DNA from: Lama glama
Lineage: Eukaryota
Direction: 5' to 3'
Length of the DNA stretch: 64,000 bases
Assembly (NCBI GenBank): GCA_028534125.1
Contig: CM052849.1
Coordinates: 2,108,001-2,172,000 of the forward strand
Shown: one piece after another, positions 38,063 to 50,899 of the stretch
Numbering within the stretch: position 1 is the first letter of the stretch
How the letters are laid out: every line of letters begins with the position of its first letter
Position numbers and translations under genes: made by a program
The notes under the pieces: generated by a model
What the model was told of the DNA's origin: nothing
Database searches by the model: none
What the model saw: the letters and a program-made list of their open reading frames with translations, nothing else

Positions 38063-41000
38063 CCTTTGGACTCCCTTGGTCACACTGCTAGGTGGTCCCC
38101 CTTCTCCTGCTCTACGGAAAGACATGGACCAGAGACCCAGAGGGATGGAGGTCAGGCAGGAACCCGCCCAGGTACCCACCCTGCCTCCGCCCGAAGGGAA
38201 GGCTCCGGCTCCTGAACCCAGCATCCCTGCCCTGATGGTCCGGCTTCAGCCTTTCTGTTCTGTTCACTCAACACACCGCCAGGCAGGGCCGTTAGCCACC
38301 CTCTCCTGCCTGGGCCGTGTCTTCCTGCACCCTCGGCCCTCTGCCAAGTCCCACCCTCCTTAACATCCAGGAAATCGCCACCCTCTACCTGCGCTGGAAC
38401 AGCCCCTTGGTCTGAGCTTTCCCAGCCCCCAGCATTTGGGCAATTTACTGACAGTCACAGAACGCTTCCCATCGTATGCTGTGAACTATCACTTTACTTC
38501 TCATCTTAATTCTTAAATATTTCTGCTCCACCCTGGAAACTGCCCATACCAAGGCTGTCTGTGCTGTACTGTGCCTTGGAGGGGACCCTAGACAAGATGG
38601 GCAGGAGTGTCCTCCCTTCCCTCTGCAAACAGCAAGTGAGCACCTATTTTGTGCCCCAAAATGCCCTGGTGATGGGGACACGGGAGTGAACACAACATAC
38701 AGTGACTGCAGGCCCTGGGGAGCTTGCTCTGGAGGGAGACCAACAGGAGGGACAGGTACGGGGACACCTGACAAGTGGTGTCACTTTTCACAACAAAGAT
38801 GACTTCTCTACTCACAAAAACTGGCTCTTGAAGGCAGAAAATCTAGTAAACCCAACTGGGAAAACAAAAGTCATATTCACCACCAACTGGGGATCTGTCC
38901 TGAGTCTTAAGAAATAAAGTTTCCTTCATCCTGGAAGTGAGATCCCTGAAGATCTGACTGGAGCTGGGACTTTCCTTGAGAAGCACTGAGAAACATGGGT
39001 GCCCCCATCTGACCTCTGCGTTCAGCAAGAAGGTGGGTGAAAGGACCCTCCCCAGGTCCTACAGAGCCCCCCCACCGGCTCCTAGCTCTGAGCCCATCAT
39101 CCGGAACCCCTCCTGTGAAGACATCTCCCATTTGCCCTGGTCTGGGGGAGGCAGTGTCTGCAGAAGCAGAAGCAGAACCACCATCTTCGCTACTGTCAGA
39201 GAGAAGTGGGGTGAAGACGAGAAGGGGAGAAGCAGCGGGAGGACCAGGCAGGGGACAGAACCCGCTGGGGGAGCCGGGAAACAGTCCCCCACAGTTCCTC
39301 TGCGGGGCAAAGGGTTGTCCTTAGATGAGAGCATCAGAACCCGGGGAGTGAGCAGGTTGTCCTGTATCTGCATCTCAATTCTCCAATAAGAAAGGAAGCA
39401 AATCATGGATACGAAATCCTCGTGCATTGGGAAGAGTGAAATATTGCAGCCAAAACAACCCTGGTTCACTGTCAAGGCCGCAGAAGCAGGAGGTGAAGAT
39501 AAGATAATATGAGTCCGTTAGAGTGAGACACTCAACCCAAGGAAGCCTCGTCTGCGCAGACCCTGCTCCACCGTCAACGGGCAGTGATGGTGCCAACAGG
39601 GGACTCCATGCTCCAGAAGGCGGGGCAGTGCCTGTATGAGCACCAAAGAGCCTGGACAATGCATGAAGGTGGCATGAGTGAGGGGCTGGGAAGGTCAGAA
39701 GGAGAGGTCAAGGGGCAGAGAGGGACATGGGGTGGGACAAAGGAGGCTCGTGGACAAAGTGGCATCAGAGCTGGGCCTCGGGGACACATGGATCTGGGCA
39801 GGTGGCGACACATGGGGGGGTGTTCCAGGCGAAGAGATGGGGTGCAGAACACACCAGGGAGTAAGATCTCATAACTAGTGGGGAGGAGGAGGTTCTGCTC
39901 CCACCGCAGCACCCTCGAGGGTGGGAAGAGGAGTGGGGGTGGTCCTGCAGGCCTGCCTGCCTGGGAAGAGCAGAGGACACGACTGGGAAGACACTCTGGA
40001 GTGTACACTGGCTGGTCCAGGGAGCAGCAGGGTGAGCCGGGGGGCAGGAAGGTCACAGTCAAGGTGGGGGTCAGTGTGGCCTGATGGGGTCCACACGGGG
40101 CTGGTTTGGAGGCACAGTGGGGAGACAGCATCTAACAGCAGGGACAGGCCTTGAAGATGACCCCACCCCCCGACCGCCCTGCCCACAACCAAGTGTCTTC
40201 AACTTTTTGCCGACTCACTGGATGTCCAGCCTTGAAGCTGGACCACTGGAAGATGCCCCCCCACGAGGGGCAGCTATGGGTTTACGCTCTCCACTTCTTC
40301 ACTTTCTCCCTTCCCCCTGGATTAGTTTTAAAAGATTAGGTTTCCTGTTTCCACTGTCAGGCTGGCTGGGCCCTCTGTCCATCCATCCACCATCAAGGCC
40401 ATCAGGGCAGCGGCAGGGCAGGGGCGGGCTGGCACGCTCCCGACCAGCCAGCTCCCCGCCCTGCACCAGCTGGACTCTGTAAACACCACTTCCTCCCGAG
40501 CAGGGCCGAGCTGCGACCTCTCCCACCGGCAAGGGGCCTCTTAATGGAACAAGTAAATAGGCGATTCATCCTAGCTGCTGACAGCCACTCACCCTCGGAG
40601 CTGGCGCGGTCCAGGGCAGAGAAAACAGCCCTGTTGGTGGGGCCCCTCCGCCTCCCTTCCCAATCCCTCCCCCATCGGTGGGGCCTGGACCTCGGCCTGG
40701 ATGCTCTGGGCTGGAAGTGCCGGGTCCCACTCTGAGGACCGGGGTCCATCACACCTGTCCAGCCCCTGTGACCTGAGCTGTAGGCACACTGTCAGGATGA
40801 CTCCCAGCCACCTCCACCCCAGACACGCTGCAGGGCTGACAGCCAGTCTCGGGGGCCCACTTATGCACCAGCTGCCAAGAGAACCAGACCACACCGTGGG
40901 GTCATCCCTGAGAACAGGAGGGCCTGAGGCTGGGCCTTCTCAGCTGTTCAGGCACTACGGCAGCCTCCAAGGTGGGGGCCAAGCCAGGACAATGTGGGGC

Positions 41001-41621
41001 AGGGGCGTGTCGAACAGCTCATCTGCCTTGTATCCCAGGAGGGCTCACCAATTTCACTAAGGTTCTGCAGCTGGTAAAGAAAAAGTTGAAAACCAGTGGG
41101 TTGGGAAAGGAGCTCAGTTTCCGGGTGATTCATCCTAGCTGGGTACCAGCCCTGCCCTGGCTCACCTCCTGGGATCCCTGCACGGCTCCTGGGGGATGAC
41201 AGGGGCGGCGGTGGGGGCGGTGAGGGGACAGAATCTCCCAGGCCGACCCGCAGCGGGAGCAGACCCAGCAGGAGCAGACATGGAGGCTCACTTAGCTCTG
41301 AGGGCTCCCCCTGCCCACCACCAGCCTAGGGAGCTGGGGCACGGGCAGGGCTGGGGGTTCAAGCAGGAGGAGGCGGGTCCCCAGGCGACAGGGGAGGAGG
41401 CTCTCCCACAGGGGCGGGATAATCCACAGCCCTGGGGCGAAGCCCGCTAGCTCCTGGCAGCTTCGAGCCCCTTCCCGCTCTCCCGGCCCCCACAGTGCTC
41501 CCTCCAGCAGGATCTGGGTGCCCAGGCCTCTCCCGTCCCAGAGCCCGGCCTGCACAGGAACGCCCTTCCTCCCGGCGGGCCTCACAGCCAGCCCACGTGG
41601 AGGCAGAGCGCGGTTTCCCAT

Positions 41622-41700
41622 GTATTTATTTATTTAACTTTTTATTTTGAAACACTTTCAAACTCACAGAAAACTTGCAAGCAGAGTACAAAGAATTCCT
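41622..41700 (-). mobile_element. L1MC/MD-like extreme 3' end, minus orientation
   Basis: tttattttgaaacactttcaaactcacagaaaacttgcaagcagagtacaaagaattcc. Confidence 0.55.
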
Positions 41701-42419
41701 TGTTTAGGACAGTAAGGACCTAAAAAAGGAAGTTGGAGGGGAGGGTGTGGACAGATAAATACACCTCGCACCCCCAAATGGAATCGACCAGACAGCACTG
41801 TCCTTGGACACAAGGGTCCCTGTGACGCCCCCTGCCCCTTCCTACGTGAGGATGCTCAGCTGCTGCTGGCTGGGCCCATGCCCACCTCTCGGAGGTGGAC
41901 CAACACCTGCAATGGCCTGGGTCCATTCATGCTGCCCAAGGCCCACCCACCTTACGTCCAGGTGACAACGTAGGGGGCCCCGTGGAGCTGGGAGGCACCC
42001 ACTTACTGTCCTTTCCCCAGAGTCCAGGCTACAGTGTCCCCCACTAGCCAAGCCTGCAAGTCTACAGGACCTAACAGTTGGGCTCCCCACCCAGCCATTC
42101 CCGAGCCAGGCACCCAGTGGTTGGCATGCAGAGAACTACCATTTTAAACCTATTACATAAACACGGCAGTGGCAGACGTCTACAGGGAGACCTCACCCAC
42201 GCCCTCACCTCCCTGACCAATCATCTGGGTTGGTTTCCCCAGCCCCATAAGTCCCTCTCCTGGGACTACATAACTGGAACCCCACAGAAGGCGGCATAAC
42301 CCAGGCACTGGGAGTGATCACCTGGCTGCGCCACACCCAGGGCTACGCGATGCTGTCTCCGGCCAGAGGCAGTCTAGTCCCAGCTCCCCATGCCCTGTCC
42401 CAGAGGTGACCAACACGGC

Positions 42420-42710
42420 GAGGCGAGGTGATGGGGTGTGAGGCCCACAGCTCAGATCTCAAGAGGCCTTGCAACTTCTATCTTTGCCTTGGAACCCAGC
42501 CTGCATGTGAAGGCACTCAGACAAGACCATGGAATGATGGCTGATCCCAAGGAGAGAGAGAGAGAGAGAGGTCTCAGCCTTCCAGTGTCCCCACCAGTGA
42601 CAGCAACAAAAGAACCACCCAAAAGCCAGAATCAAAAAAGATTAAATCGTGCTGTTGTAAGCCACTCAGAGTGGGGACGGTTTGTTACACAGCAAGAGAT
42701 GACAGAGACA
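42420..42710 (+). mobile_element. Old MaLR LTR fragment (MLT1 family)
   Basis: 3' block tgttgtaagccact...ggtttgttacacagcaa. Confidence 0.55.
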
Positions 42711-43739
42711 AAGCCTAACAGTACGGCTCTGTGTGTCACTTCTTCTACTCAGGAGCCCCTACTGCACGGCTACACAGTCCTCATCATTACCGTGCGATGG
42801 TCACGTCACAGTCCACCCGGCTGACGCACCCCCTGCTCTACTGCAGGACTAGCTGAGTTTGTTTCCAGCTTCCCACTGTTACGAACACAATGAATCGCTT
42901 CACATAATAATACCAAAAGGAAAAGGGAAAAAAAGGTTCTATTTCCTTAGGAAAATCTAGGGTGGGATTCCTGGGTCTGAGCTTATAAACATGTTAGTAA
43001 GTCTGGAACAATGAAGACCCTGAGAATTCGAAGAGAAAGCTGTCCCTGAAACTGATGAGAAGGGTCAAGGAGTACACTTGGCTTTGTAGGAACAGACTTC
43101 CATGTTCTGAAGCCAGGCCAGCTCAGCTAGGTTCCCTGAACCTGGCAAAATTCAAGGGAATCTGGTTATTCTAGAAAACAACCCAGGAAAGAGCCAACGC
43201 CTGGAGTCTCCGTCACTGTCTGACTCCTTGACTCCCTGGTCCCATGTCCCACTTACAAGTCCCCGTCCCCTGAAGGCAGGCTCCCATAGTCCCACCCCAG
43301 GGCCAGGCTCAGTGCTGCCTGGAAGCACAGTCAAAACCAAGCAAGGACCCTGTCCCACCTCTGCGCTGGCTTCATCCCTGACTTGCCCAGGGTCAGGTGG
43401 ACCACCCAGAGGAACACTCCACCATCTCCCAGGAACCCAATCAGAGATTTGCCACTTTCCAGGAGTGGCTGATGCAAGTTTCCTTGGCAGAGAGGTGGCT
43501 AGAAAACAGAGGTGGGACTCACCACCAGAAACGCCCCTTTCCAAGAACTCCCGCCCTGTTCATCCGCCGCCTGCTACATTCCGGAGGGTTGTGCTCCCAG
43601 GGCAGTAACTGCAAGAGAATGGTGTCCCCCCACCTCCGCCGCCTCCCCATTACAGGTAGCTGAGCGGTGCCCTGGGCGCTCCTGAAGGGGGACCTGGTTA
43701 CAAGAGATCAAGATGAAAAGTATTACACCCACACCCACA

Positions 43740-44135
43740 GCAGCCAGGAGGCAGAAACAATACAAGTGTCCACTGATGGATGAGTGGTTGAGCAAAATGT
43801 GGTCTATTCATACAAAGGAACATGGTTCAGCCTTAAAAAGGAAGATATTCTGACACCTGCTACAATGTGGACGCACCCTGAATACTACGCTAAGTGAAAT
43901 AAGCCAGACACAAAAAGACAAATACTGTAGGAGTCTACTTATGTGAAGTGCCTGCAGTAGTAAAATTCATTGAGTAAGAAAGCAGAATAGGGGTGCCAGG
44001 GGCTGCGGGGGAGTGAGGGGTTAGTGTTTAGTGGGGACAGAGTTTCCGGAGGATGAAAAGTTGGGGAGTCAGATGGTGGTGATGGTTGCACAACAAGGCC
44101 GACGTGCCCAATGCCACCAAACCATCACTTCAGAT
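43740..44135 (+). mobile_element. L1MB-like 3' fragment
   Basis: tgtccactgatggatgagtgg...gctaagtgaaataagccagacacaaaaagacaaatactg...gatggtggtgatggttgcacaac. Confidence 0.8.
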
Positions 44136-47100
44136 TTGATCGCAATTTAAAAAGAAAATGAACGAAAGCAAAGTTCTATGACGGCCGAAAGCCTTGCCTC
44201 GAACCCCTTCCAAATGCAGGTTTGGACAACACACTGGCAAACCCAGGCTCCGATCCAGCGTGTCCCCTCCCCTCACCCCACATCTGCTGACAAGAAGAGC
44301 TGGTCGTTCCCGGGACCAAGTCTGCTTCTCTGCTCCGAGAAGAAGCTGTACCAGGCTCCCTGCCCAGCTGACTCCACCTTGGAGAAGAAGGACACCGATC
44401 TCCAAGAAGAGCCTCCCCCTAGGTCCCCGAGAGAATCAGCAACAAACTGGGGTCCTCAGAGCCACATGGCGCCGGGTGGGAGGCTGAGCAGGGCTGGGTA
44501 CCAGGGATCCTTTGCATCTGTTTCACGTACTGAGGTGTCACCTAAAATGTCACTTGAAAAGAAGGGCTCTGCTCCCAGAACAAAACCAAACCCTTTGAAA
44601 AACCACTTCTTGGAAATGGACTCTGGGCGTTTCCAACTCTGATGGAAAAAGGCAGCTTCTCATCTTCCACTGCGGCCTCTTAAAAAAAAACAAACCCACA
44701 CCTCCAGGCAGCTGATGAAGCAGCCAACCTCCCCTCCCGCTGGATCTGTCACAACAGCAACACGAGGATAACAAGTGCTGTTAAGCGCGAGGCGCGCCCG
44801 GAGGCGGGCTGAGCGCTGCTTCTCGGTCACGCCGGCCACTGCCGCTTCACACAAGTCCCCGCGCAGGTGACTGCTCCGATCCCTAGCTTGTACGTGAGGG
44901 AACCTGACCATCCTTCTCAGATGCTCAGGCACACATTTTCCACACACTTCAACCTAACCGGAAGTGGGATCTCACACTCATCTCTGTCCCTCACGACAAC
45001 TGGCAGTGTGGCCTTCCTTCTTGGCGGCTCATCAGCCAACGGCCAACGGTTCACCAGGTTCACCACCGAGGGAGTGTCGGGCGACTGGAATGAGCAGTGA
45101 AAGTCCCAGCTCTGTGTCCCTGAGGGAGGGGCCCGCCACACCTCTCAAGGACCCCAGTGCCACATCCACGGCCTGGCCAGCGCCCATGCGGCATGGGACC
45201 TCCCCCTGGGTCATGAGTGTCCGCAGAGGGCGGCAGGGGTCAGCACATTTCCTCCAGGGTGGCTGCCCCGAGACCACCCAGTAGAGCAAGGGCACAGCAG
45301 GCAGGGGAGCCCAGAGGTCAGAGGACCTCCTGGGGTCTCCCCAGGACCTGGTGTCACAGGGAGGCCCGGAAATCTTCTAATCAGTGTTGTCCCTTCTGTG
45401 GTCCCCACCCTCCCAGTGACAGAGAAAAAGCCCACCGGCCTTCATATCCCCCAAGTCCTCTGTAGATGAGATGCTGACTTACGACCAAATAACTCATCCC
45501 GTGGTCAGGATGAGACTCGGAACTGGGCGCACGGCTTGCAGCTGCCACCTCTCTTGGCCAGAAAGCAGGTGCATCACTTTTCCTCTTTAAACAAGGGAAC
45601 GAATCCAAACACACAGTCACAAATGCCCTGTAGGTCAGAATCAGAGCCCATGGAGGGCTCTGGCTAGGGGTACACTCACGGGAGGGCACGATCCTCGTGC
45701 ATAAGTCTACTGCACTGCCCGGCTCCAGAAGCCCCTGTGCTCCCAGAGCAAGGCTGTGTTCCTGCGGGAGAGGCCGCCGGCCCCAGCCCCGCAGAGCCCA
45801 CTGGGGACTTACTGTAGGCCCTGCAGCCCGGTGGGTCTAGTGCACCTGCAGCCACAGCCCTGATAAGCTTCCAGAAGCCAGAATGCTCCCTGCTGAGGCC
45901 TGGAGCCCTGGACAAAGGGCATCCCTGCAGATGCCAAATACCACCACGGTTCCCAGGGACATGTGTCAGCGGTCACAGGCTGAGGACAACAGGCAGCACA
46001 GGGATCCCACTGTGATCACAGCCCACCCTGCAGGTCTTCCTCCAGCAGAGCCAGCACGTCTGCCCAGCCTAACCAAGGTCAGGCCTCCAGCTAGAGCTCA
46101 GACCCCAGGCTGCAGCTGTGGCTGGGTGCTGGGCAGCTTTCTCCTGCCTCCAGCCTCTTTCCCGGGCCTGGCCAAGCCAGCAGCAAAAACAAAGGGGATT
46201 CGGCAGCTGGAGCCACAGGGAAGAGGAGAGGCAGGGCCTTCTGGGGGTCTGAAGGGTCCAACCTCCCATCCACCTGCCACCTCCAGGATCCAAACCCCTA
46301 GTGAAGGCCAAGGGCAAGACAGGTGGGACCCCAGTCATGGAGAAGGGGAGTCAGAAGAGAAAGGGGTTTGTTCCCTGGTACGCTGTGGGAAGCAGCCCCA
46401 AACCCAGAGAGAAAGGCCCAGTCTCGGGGAGGAGCTGAGGACACACTGTGGGGAGCTGCTCCTCAGGCCCCATGGGCCCCTCAGGATGAGGGTGGCTGAA
46501 AGACAGGCCTTCCAAAAGAAGCCAGAAAAAAAGGACAGCGTCCACCAGAAGCCACACACTGTAGACCTCATTTGTATGAAATGTCTAGAAAAGGCAAATC
46601 CACACAAAGAGAAAGCTGATTAGTGGTGTCCGGGCTCAGGGGAGGAGGACTGGGGAAAGACCACTGATGGGTGTGGGCTTCTTGCCGGGGTGATGAAAAG
46701 GTTCTGGGACTCGAGAGTGGTGGTGGTCGCATCCCTCAGTCTGTGAATCTAAAAGCCACTGAGCTGTGCACGTGCAGTGAGGGACCTAGAAAGGATATAA
46801 GTTCTCCCTCAGTAAAGCTGTTAGAACAGACTCGAAAGGAAGAGTACCAGGTCATCCCATCCAGGTGATGAAATGCGCCTCAGTAACAGGAGGAAACAAG
46901 GTATCAATACACACAACGACCTGGATGAGTCACAGGTGCCCTCCCGAAGTGAAAGGAGCTGGACCAAAAGGCTGCGCGCCGTAGGATTCCATGTATCCGA
47001 CGTTCGGGAAGAGGCAAGACCAGAGGGAGAGGACACACATCAGTGGTTGCCCAGGCTGCGAGGGGTGGTCCTGGGGAGGTGTTTACAAGGGACATAGTGA

Positions 47101-47410
47101 CGGAACCTTCTGGGGTGATGGACCTTCGGGGGTGACGGACCTGTTCTGTACCTTGATTGTGGTTATACCACCCTGTCCTCACTCACAGAAGAGTACACCA
47201 TAAAAAGTGACTTCTGTAAATTACATTTCAACGCACCCACACACACCTCTACTGATGTCACAATATCTTTTGAATTTATAGCCTTCTTAAAAAAAAAGAG
47301 GAATAGATAGTTTATGATATATCATTTTTTTTATCCTCAACCCCAAATTTCTTTCCTAACACGGACAAAAGCTCCTATAATTGGAAATCTGTTAAAAGAA
47401 GAAAGCAGGA

Positions 47411-47501
47411 AGGGAGGGTACAGCTCAGTGGTAGAGCACATGCTTAGCATGCACGAGGTCCTGGGTTCAATCCCCAGTACCTGCAGTAAAAGAAAAAAAA
47501 A
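47411..47501 (+). mobile_element. tRNA-derived SINE (Vic-1-like)
   Basis: gggagggtacagctcagtggtagagcacatgcttagcatgcacgaggtcctgggttcaatccccagtacc followed by poly(A). Confidence 0.85.
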
Positions 47502-47806
47502 GGTGGAGGGAAGGAAATTGGTTGAAAAACAAATAGGTGAAAAGAAAAATGTGTTAACTACACATGGCGATGGGTGTTAACCTACCGTGATTATCATTTT
47601 TCAATATATACATATTATCAAATCTTTCTGTTGTAAAGCTAAAATGAATACAATGTTACATGTCAATTACAATCTCAATAAAAATAAATCAACCAAATAG
47701 CTGAAGTGAGAGGCAGACAAAAATAGAATTCTGATGTCAACAAAAGACTGCTGAATTTGGAGACTCATGTTCACAGCATCATCATTCACAAAAGCCAAAA
47801 GTGGAA

Positions 47807-47952
47807 NNNNNNNNNNNNNNNNNNNNNNNNNNNNNNNNNNNNNNNNNNNNNNNNNNNNNNNNNNNNNNNNNNNNNNNNNNNNNNNNNNNNNNNNNNNNNN
47901 NNNNNNNNNNNNNNNNNNNNNNNNNNNNNNNNNNNNNNNNNNNNNNNNNNNN
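47807..47952. other. Assembly gap (146 N) inside an L1 fragment
   Basis: N run with L1-like sequence on both sides. Confidence 0.95.
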
Positions 47953-48251
47953 CAAAAGGACAAACCCTGCAGGATCCCACCTAAGCGAGGTCTCTGCAGG
48001 GGCCAAAGCAGAGAGCGGTCATCAGGGACCAGGAGAGGGAACATGGGGGAGCCCTGGTTTCATGGGGACAGCTTCGGTTTGGGAAGATGAAGGGTTTGGG
48101 GGCAGATGGTGGAGACGGTTGCACAGCAGCGTGAATGTACCTAATGCCACTAAACTGCATGAATTGAAGTTCTGGAGGCTTCAGATGCACAAACTGATGG
48201 GTAAATGGGTGGATGGATAGATGGATGTATGGATGCATGGATGACGAACGG

Positions 48252-48587
48252 TGCTACAATGAATGACTGTGTCCCCCTAAAATACAGATGTCGGAACCTA
48301 AGCCCCAGTGTGCTGGTGTTAGGAGGAGGGGCCTTTGGGAGGTGATTCAGTCACGAGGGTGGAACCTTCCTGAGTGGGATGAGTCCTGTTATAAAAGAGA
48401 CCCTGGAGAGCTCCCGCACCCCTTCCGCCACGTGAGGACACGGTGAGGAAGGGAACCTTCACCAGACCCCCTGCTGGCACCTTCATCTTGGATGCCAGCC
48501 TCCAGAAGTGGCAGAAATAAATTTCTGTTGTTTATAAACCACTCAGTCTACGGTACTCTGGTACAGCAGCCGGAATGGAGTAAGGCA
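48252..48587 (+). mobile_element. MaLR solo LTR (MLT1A-like) flanked by (GGAT)n repeats
   Basis: gcctttgggaggtgatt...cttcatcttggatgccagcctccagaa...aataaatttctgttgtttataa; GGAT runs at ~48196-48245 and ~48588-48665. Confidence 0.8.
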
Positions 48588-50899
48588 GATGGCTCGATAG
48601 ATGGATGATGGGTAAATGGATGGATGGATGATGGACGGATGGATGACTGGCAGATGGATGGAGAGGCTTAAGCACAGCTACGCCTTTCCCAGGAACATTG
48701 GCTACTAGGGAACAGATGAGTAAGAGTTTACCCACAGCCTAAATTAGCTACTACCTGGCCCTTTAAGAAAAGGTCAGCCACCCCAGTACCACAGAGCCAA
48801 GAGCAGATGTTCACAGAACCACCCCTGGTTCAAATCCAGGCTCTGCCATGGAGGCTTCCTACCTTCTTACCCTCCCAAGCTCCTGCCGTCTGAGCATCTG
48901 TGTGGTAGGTACCACCCGGTTCCCTGCAGGCTGGCACGGGGCTCGGATCCCGGAAGGCACACGGGATTCCATTACTAAGTGCAAAGCCAACCCAAGAGTG
49001 AAGTTCCAGTGAAGGGAGGGGGTCCTCTCTCCTGCACCATCACCAGAGAAAGAAACGCTGGGGGGGTCCCTGGAAATCCAAGCCAAGCCCACCAAACATA
49101 AAGTTGTGAAGGAAAGCATGGATTTCTGCTGAGGCACCCGAGCCTCACAGCAGTGCAGGTATTCAGCAAAGTCTCCTTCCTGTGCTCGTGTCCCCTAGAC
49201 TGACCAACCCACCCCTGGGGCTGGCCAGCACGGGCACAAGACAGTCCCTTCTCCGGCTGGCACGGAGGGTGCTCAGAAAGTGAAACAGGGACCAGACAGA
49301 GAGCTTCCTCTGCAGACTCCAGTCCCAGGTGCGGCCTCATGAGGCAGCAGGCTGCTGGAGGATTTGTCATCTGCGATGAAGGAAAACAGCCCCAAGGCAC
49401 CAACACTCCCCAGCTCCACAGCACAGAGCTGCACGCAGGCACAGCCATGCACGCAAGCCTCGCCTGTCTCAGGGCCGACCCCGACAATGGCGTTCCTGAC
49501 CACGCAGGGCTGTGCTCTGGCTAGGAAGACCAGCTGGCACCTCCAGGCATCCCGCTGCCAACCACCTGCCCGGACCCCACCACCTCCACCCTGGCAGATG
49601 CCCTCTACGCTGCCCTCACCCCCCCCCATATCGCTGGCCGGGCCTCCCGCCACCCACGCCATGCCTGTCAGCACACTGCCCAGAGCATCCGTGCTGCCCC
49701 AAGGGCCGACCCTGGCCAGTGGGCAGCAAGGGAAGACGACAATTCAACCAGCAAAGCAGCATCCTGGTTCCCACTGAAGGTACACGCAGAGCCAAATTCA
49801 CCCCCGGCCCACCACTGGCTCCCTGGACCACGTCTCTGCAGGCAGCCAGACCCAATCAGGGTCTAACGGGAAGACTGCTTCAGACACCCGCCAATGAGAT
49901 TTTCCAAGTGATTTGCTGGCAACTCAGAGCAACAGGACTTAATTTTATTTGGAATCACAAAACTAAAGAGATCTTTAAGATTCCACTGTGCAGCTTTCAC
50001 TTACGGGGTCGGGGGGGGGACACAGAGACCCACGGGGTTTAAGTGATTCACCCAGAATCTGAACAGCAGCTGACGCCACAGCCAAGACAGGCAACACAGC
50101 AGAGGGGGCGCACGGGAGCCCCAGCTCTGTGATGCATGCGCCCGGACGGCTCAGACTCCGGAAGTGCTGGCTCTCAGCTGCAGTGAACGCTAAGACAGTA
50201 AGACAGACCCCTGCCAGCGTGGAGTAGTGTCCACCATTCTCCTCTCCTCCCCAAGCCTGTTACACCACACTGCCCAACCTCCAGCTATGGCCTTGCTGTA
50301 TGTATCTGCACCCCCAACACACACACAACCTGCACAACCACACAGCCTACACAACCACACAATCTACACACTCCAAGTCCTCAGGCACAGGGAGGTGTTT
50401 GACCTGACAAGCCCAACAGCGTCTCGCTGCCCTGGCCCAGCTCCTGCTGGCTTCTGCTGCCTGAGTGCAGCCATGTGCTACCTTCTGTAAAATCCCTTTT
50501 CTACCACAGTGTCTGGTTTCCTTGGAGCTTCCCTTAAGCCAGGCAGGAACTCCAGGGGCCAGAATTAACTGGACAATGCTGTCCAGCTGACTGAATCCAC
50601 GGCCAGGATGCACAGAGGCTGAAATGCTTTTCAGATTTGGTCACAAGCAGTCCAGGGAAGTAAGTTCGATCATAAACAAGGGGCCAGTGAGTTCCCTCCC
50701 TGCCGAGGACCATGGAGCTGACAAAGAACTGGCACATAGCCGGAAGCCTCAGGAATCTCCCCAAACGAGAGAGAGGACTGGTGTGGTCCCAACTCAGGGC
50801 CTTTCCTGATTTAGGGCCCTCGGGGAGCACTAAGGAATGAGGCGTTAAGGTGAGACCCAGTTTGCCAGGAAAGGAGTCAAAGGACAGCAGAGGATTAAC

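Larger units (their letters stand above)
46520..48170 (+). mobile_element. Cluster of degenerate L1M 3' fragments (contains a SINE and a gap)
   Basis: Several L1 3'-UTR blocks: ggggtgatgaaaaggttct, tacaatgttacatgtcaattacaatctcaataaaa, ggttgcacagcagcgtgaatgtacctaatgccact. Confidence 0.65.

Noticed and set aside
44273-44467. ATG-TGG-CTC-TGA followed by about 60 open codons as a possible selenocysteine/readthrough ORF
   Set aside because: No SECIS-like structure identified, and the downstream donor is phase 2 in this frame, incompatible with exons 2 and 3.
17644-46623. Numerous 150-270 aa intronic ORFs (e.g. 17644-18447, 19318-20043, 45883-46623)
   Set aside because: Pro/Gly/Ser/Cys/Trp-rich composition typical of GC-rich non-coding DNA; no domain or retrocopy hallmarks seen.
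47411-47485. Possible tRNA gene (A and B boxes); likewise at 34660 and 22580
   Set aside because: No proper acceptor stem, A-rich tails, a TSD on one copy, and three diverged copies: these are SINEs.
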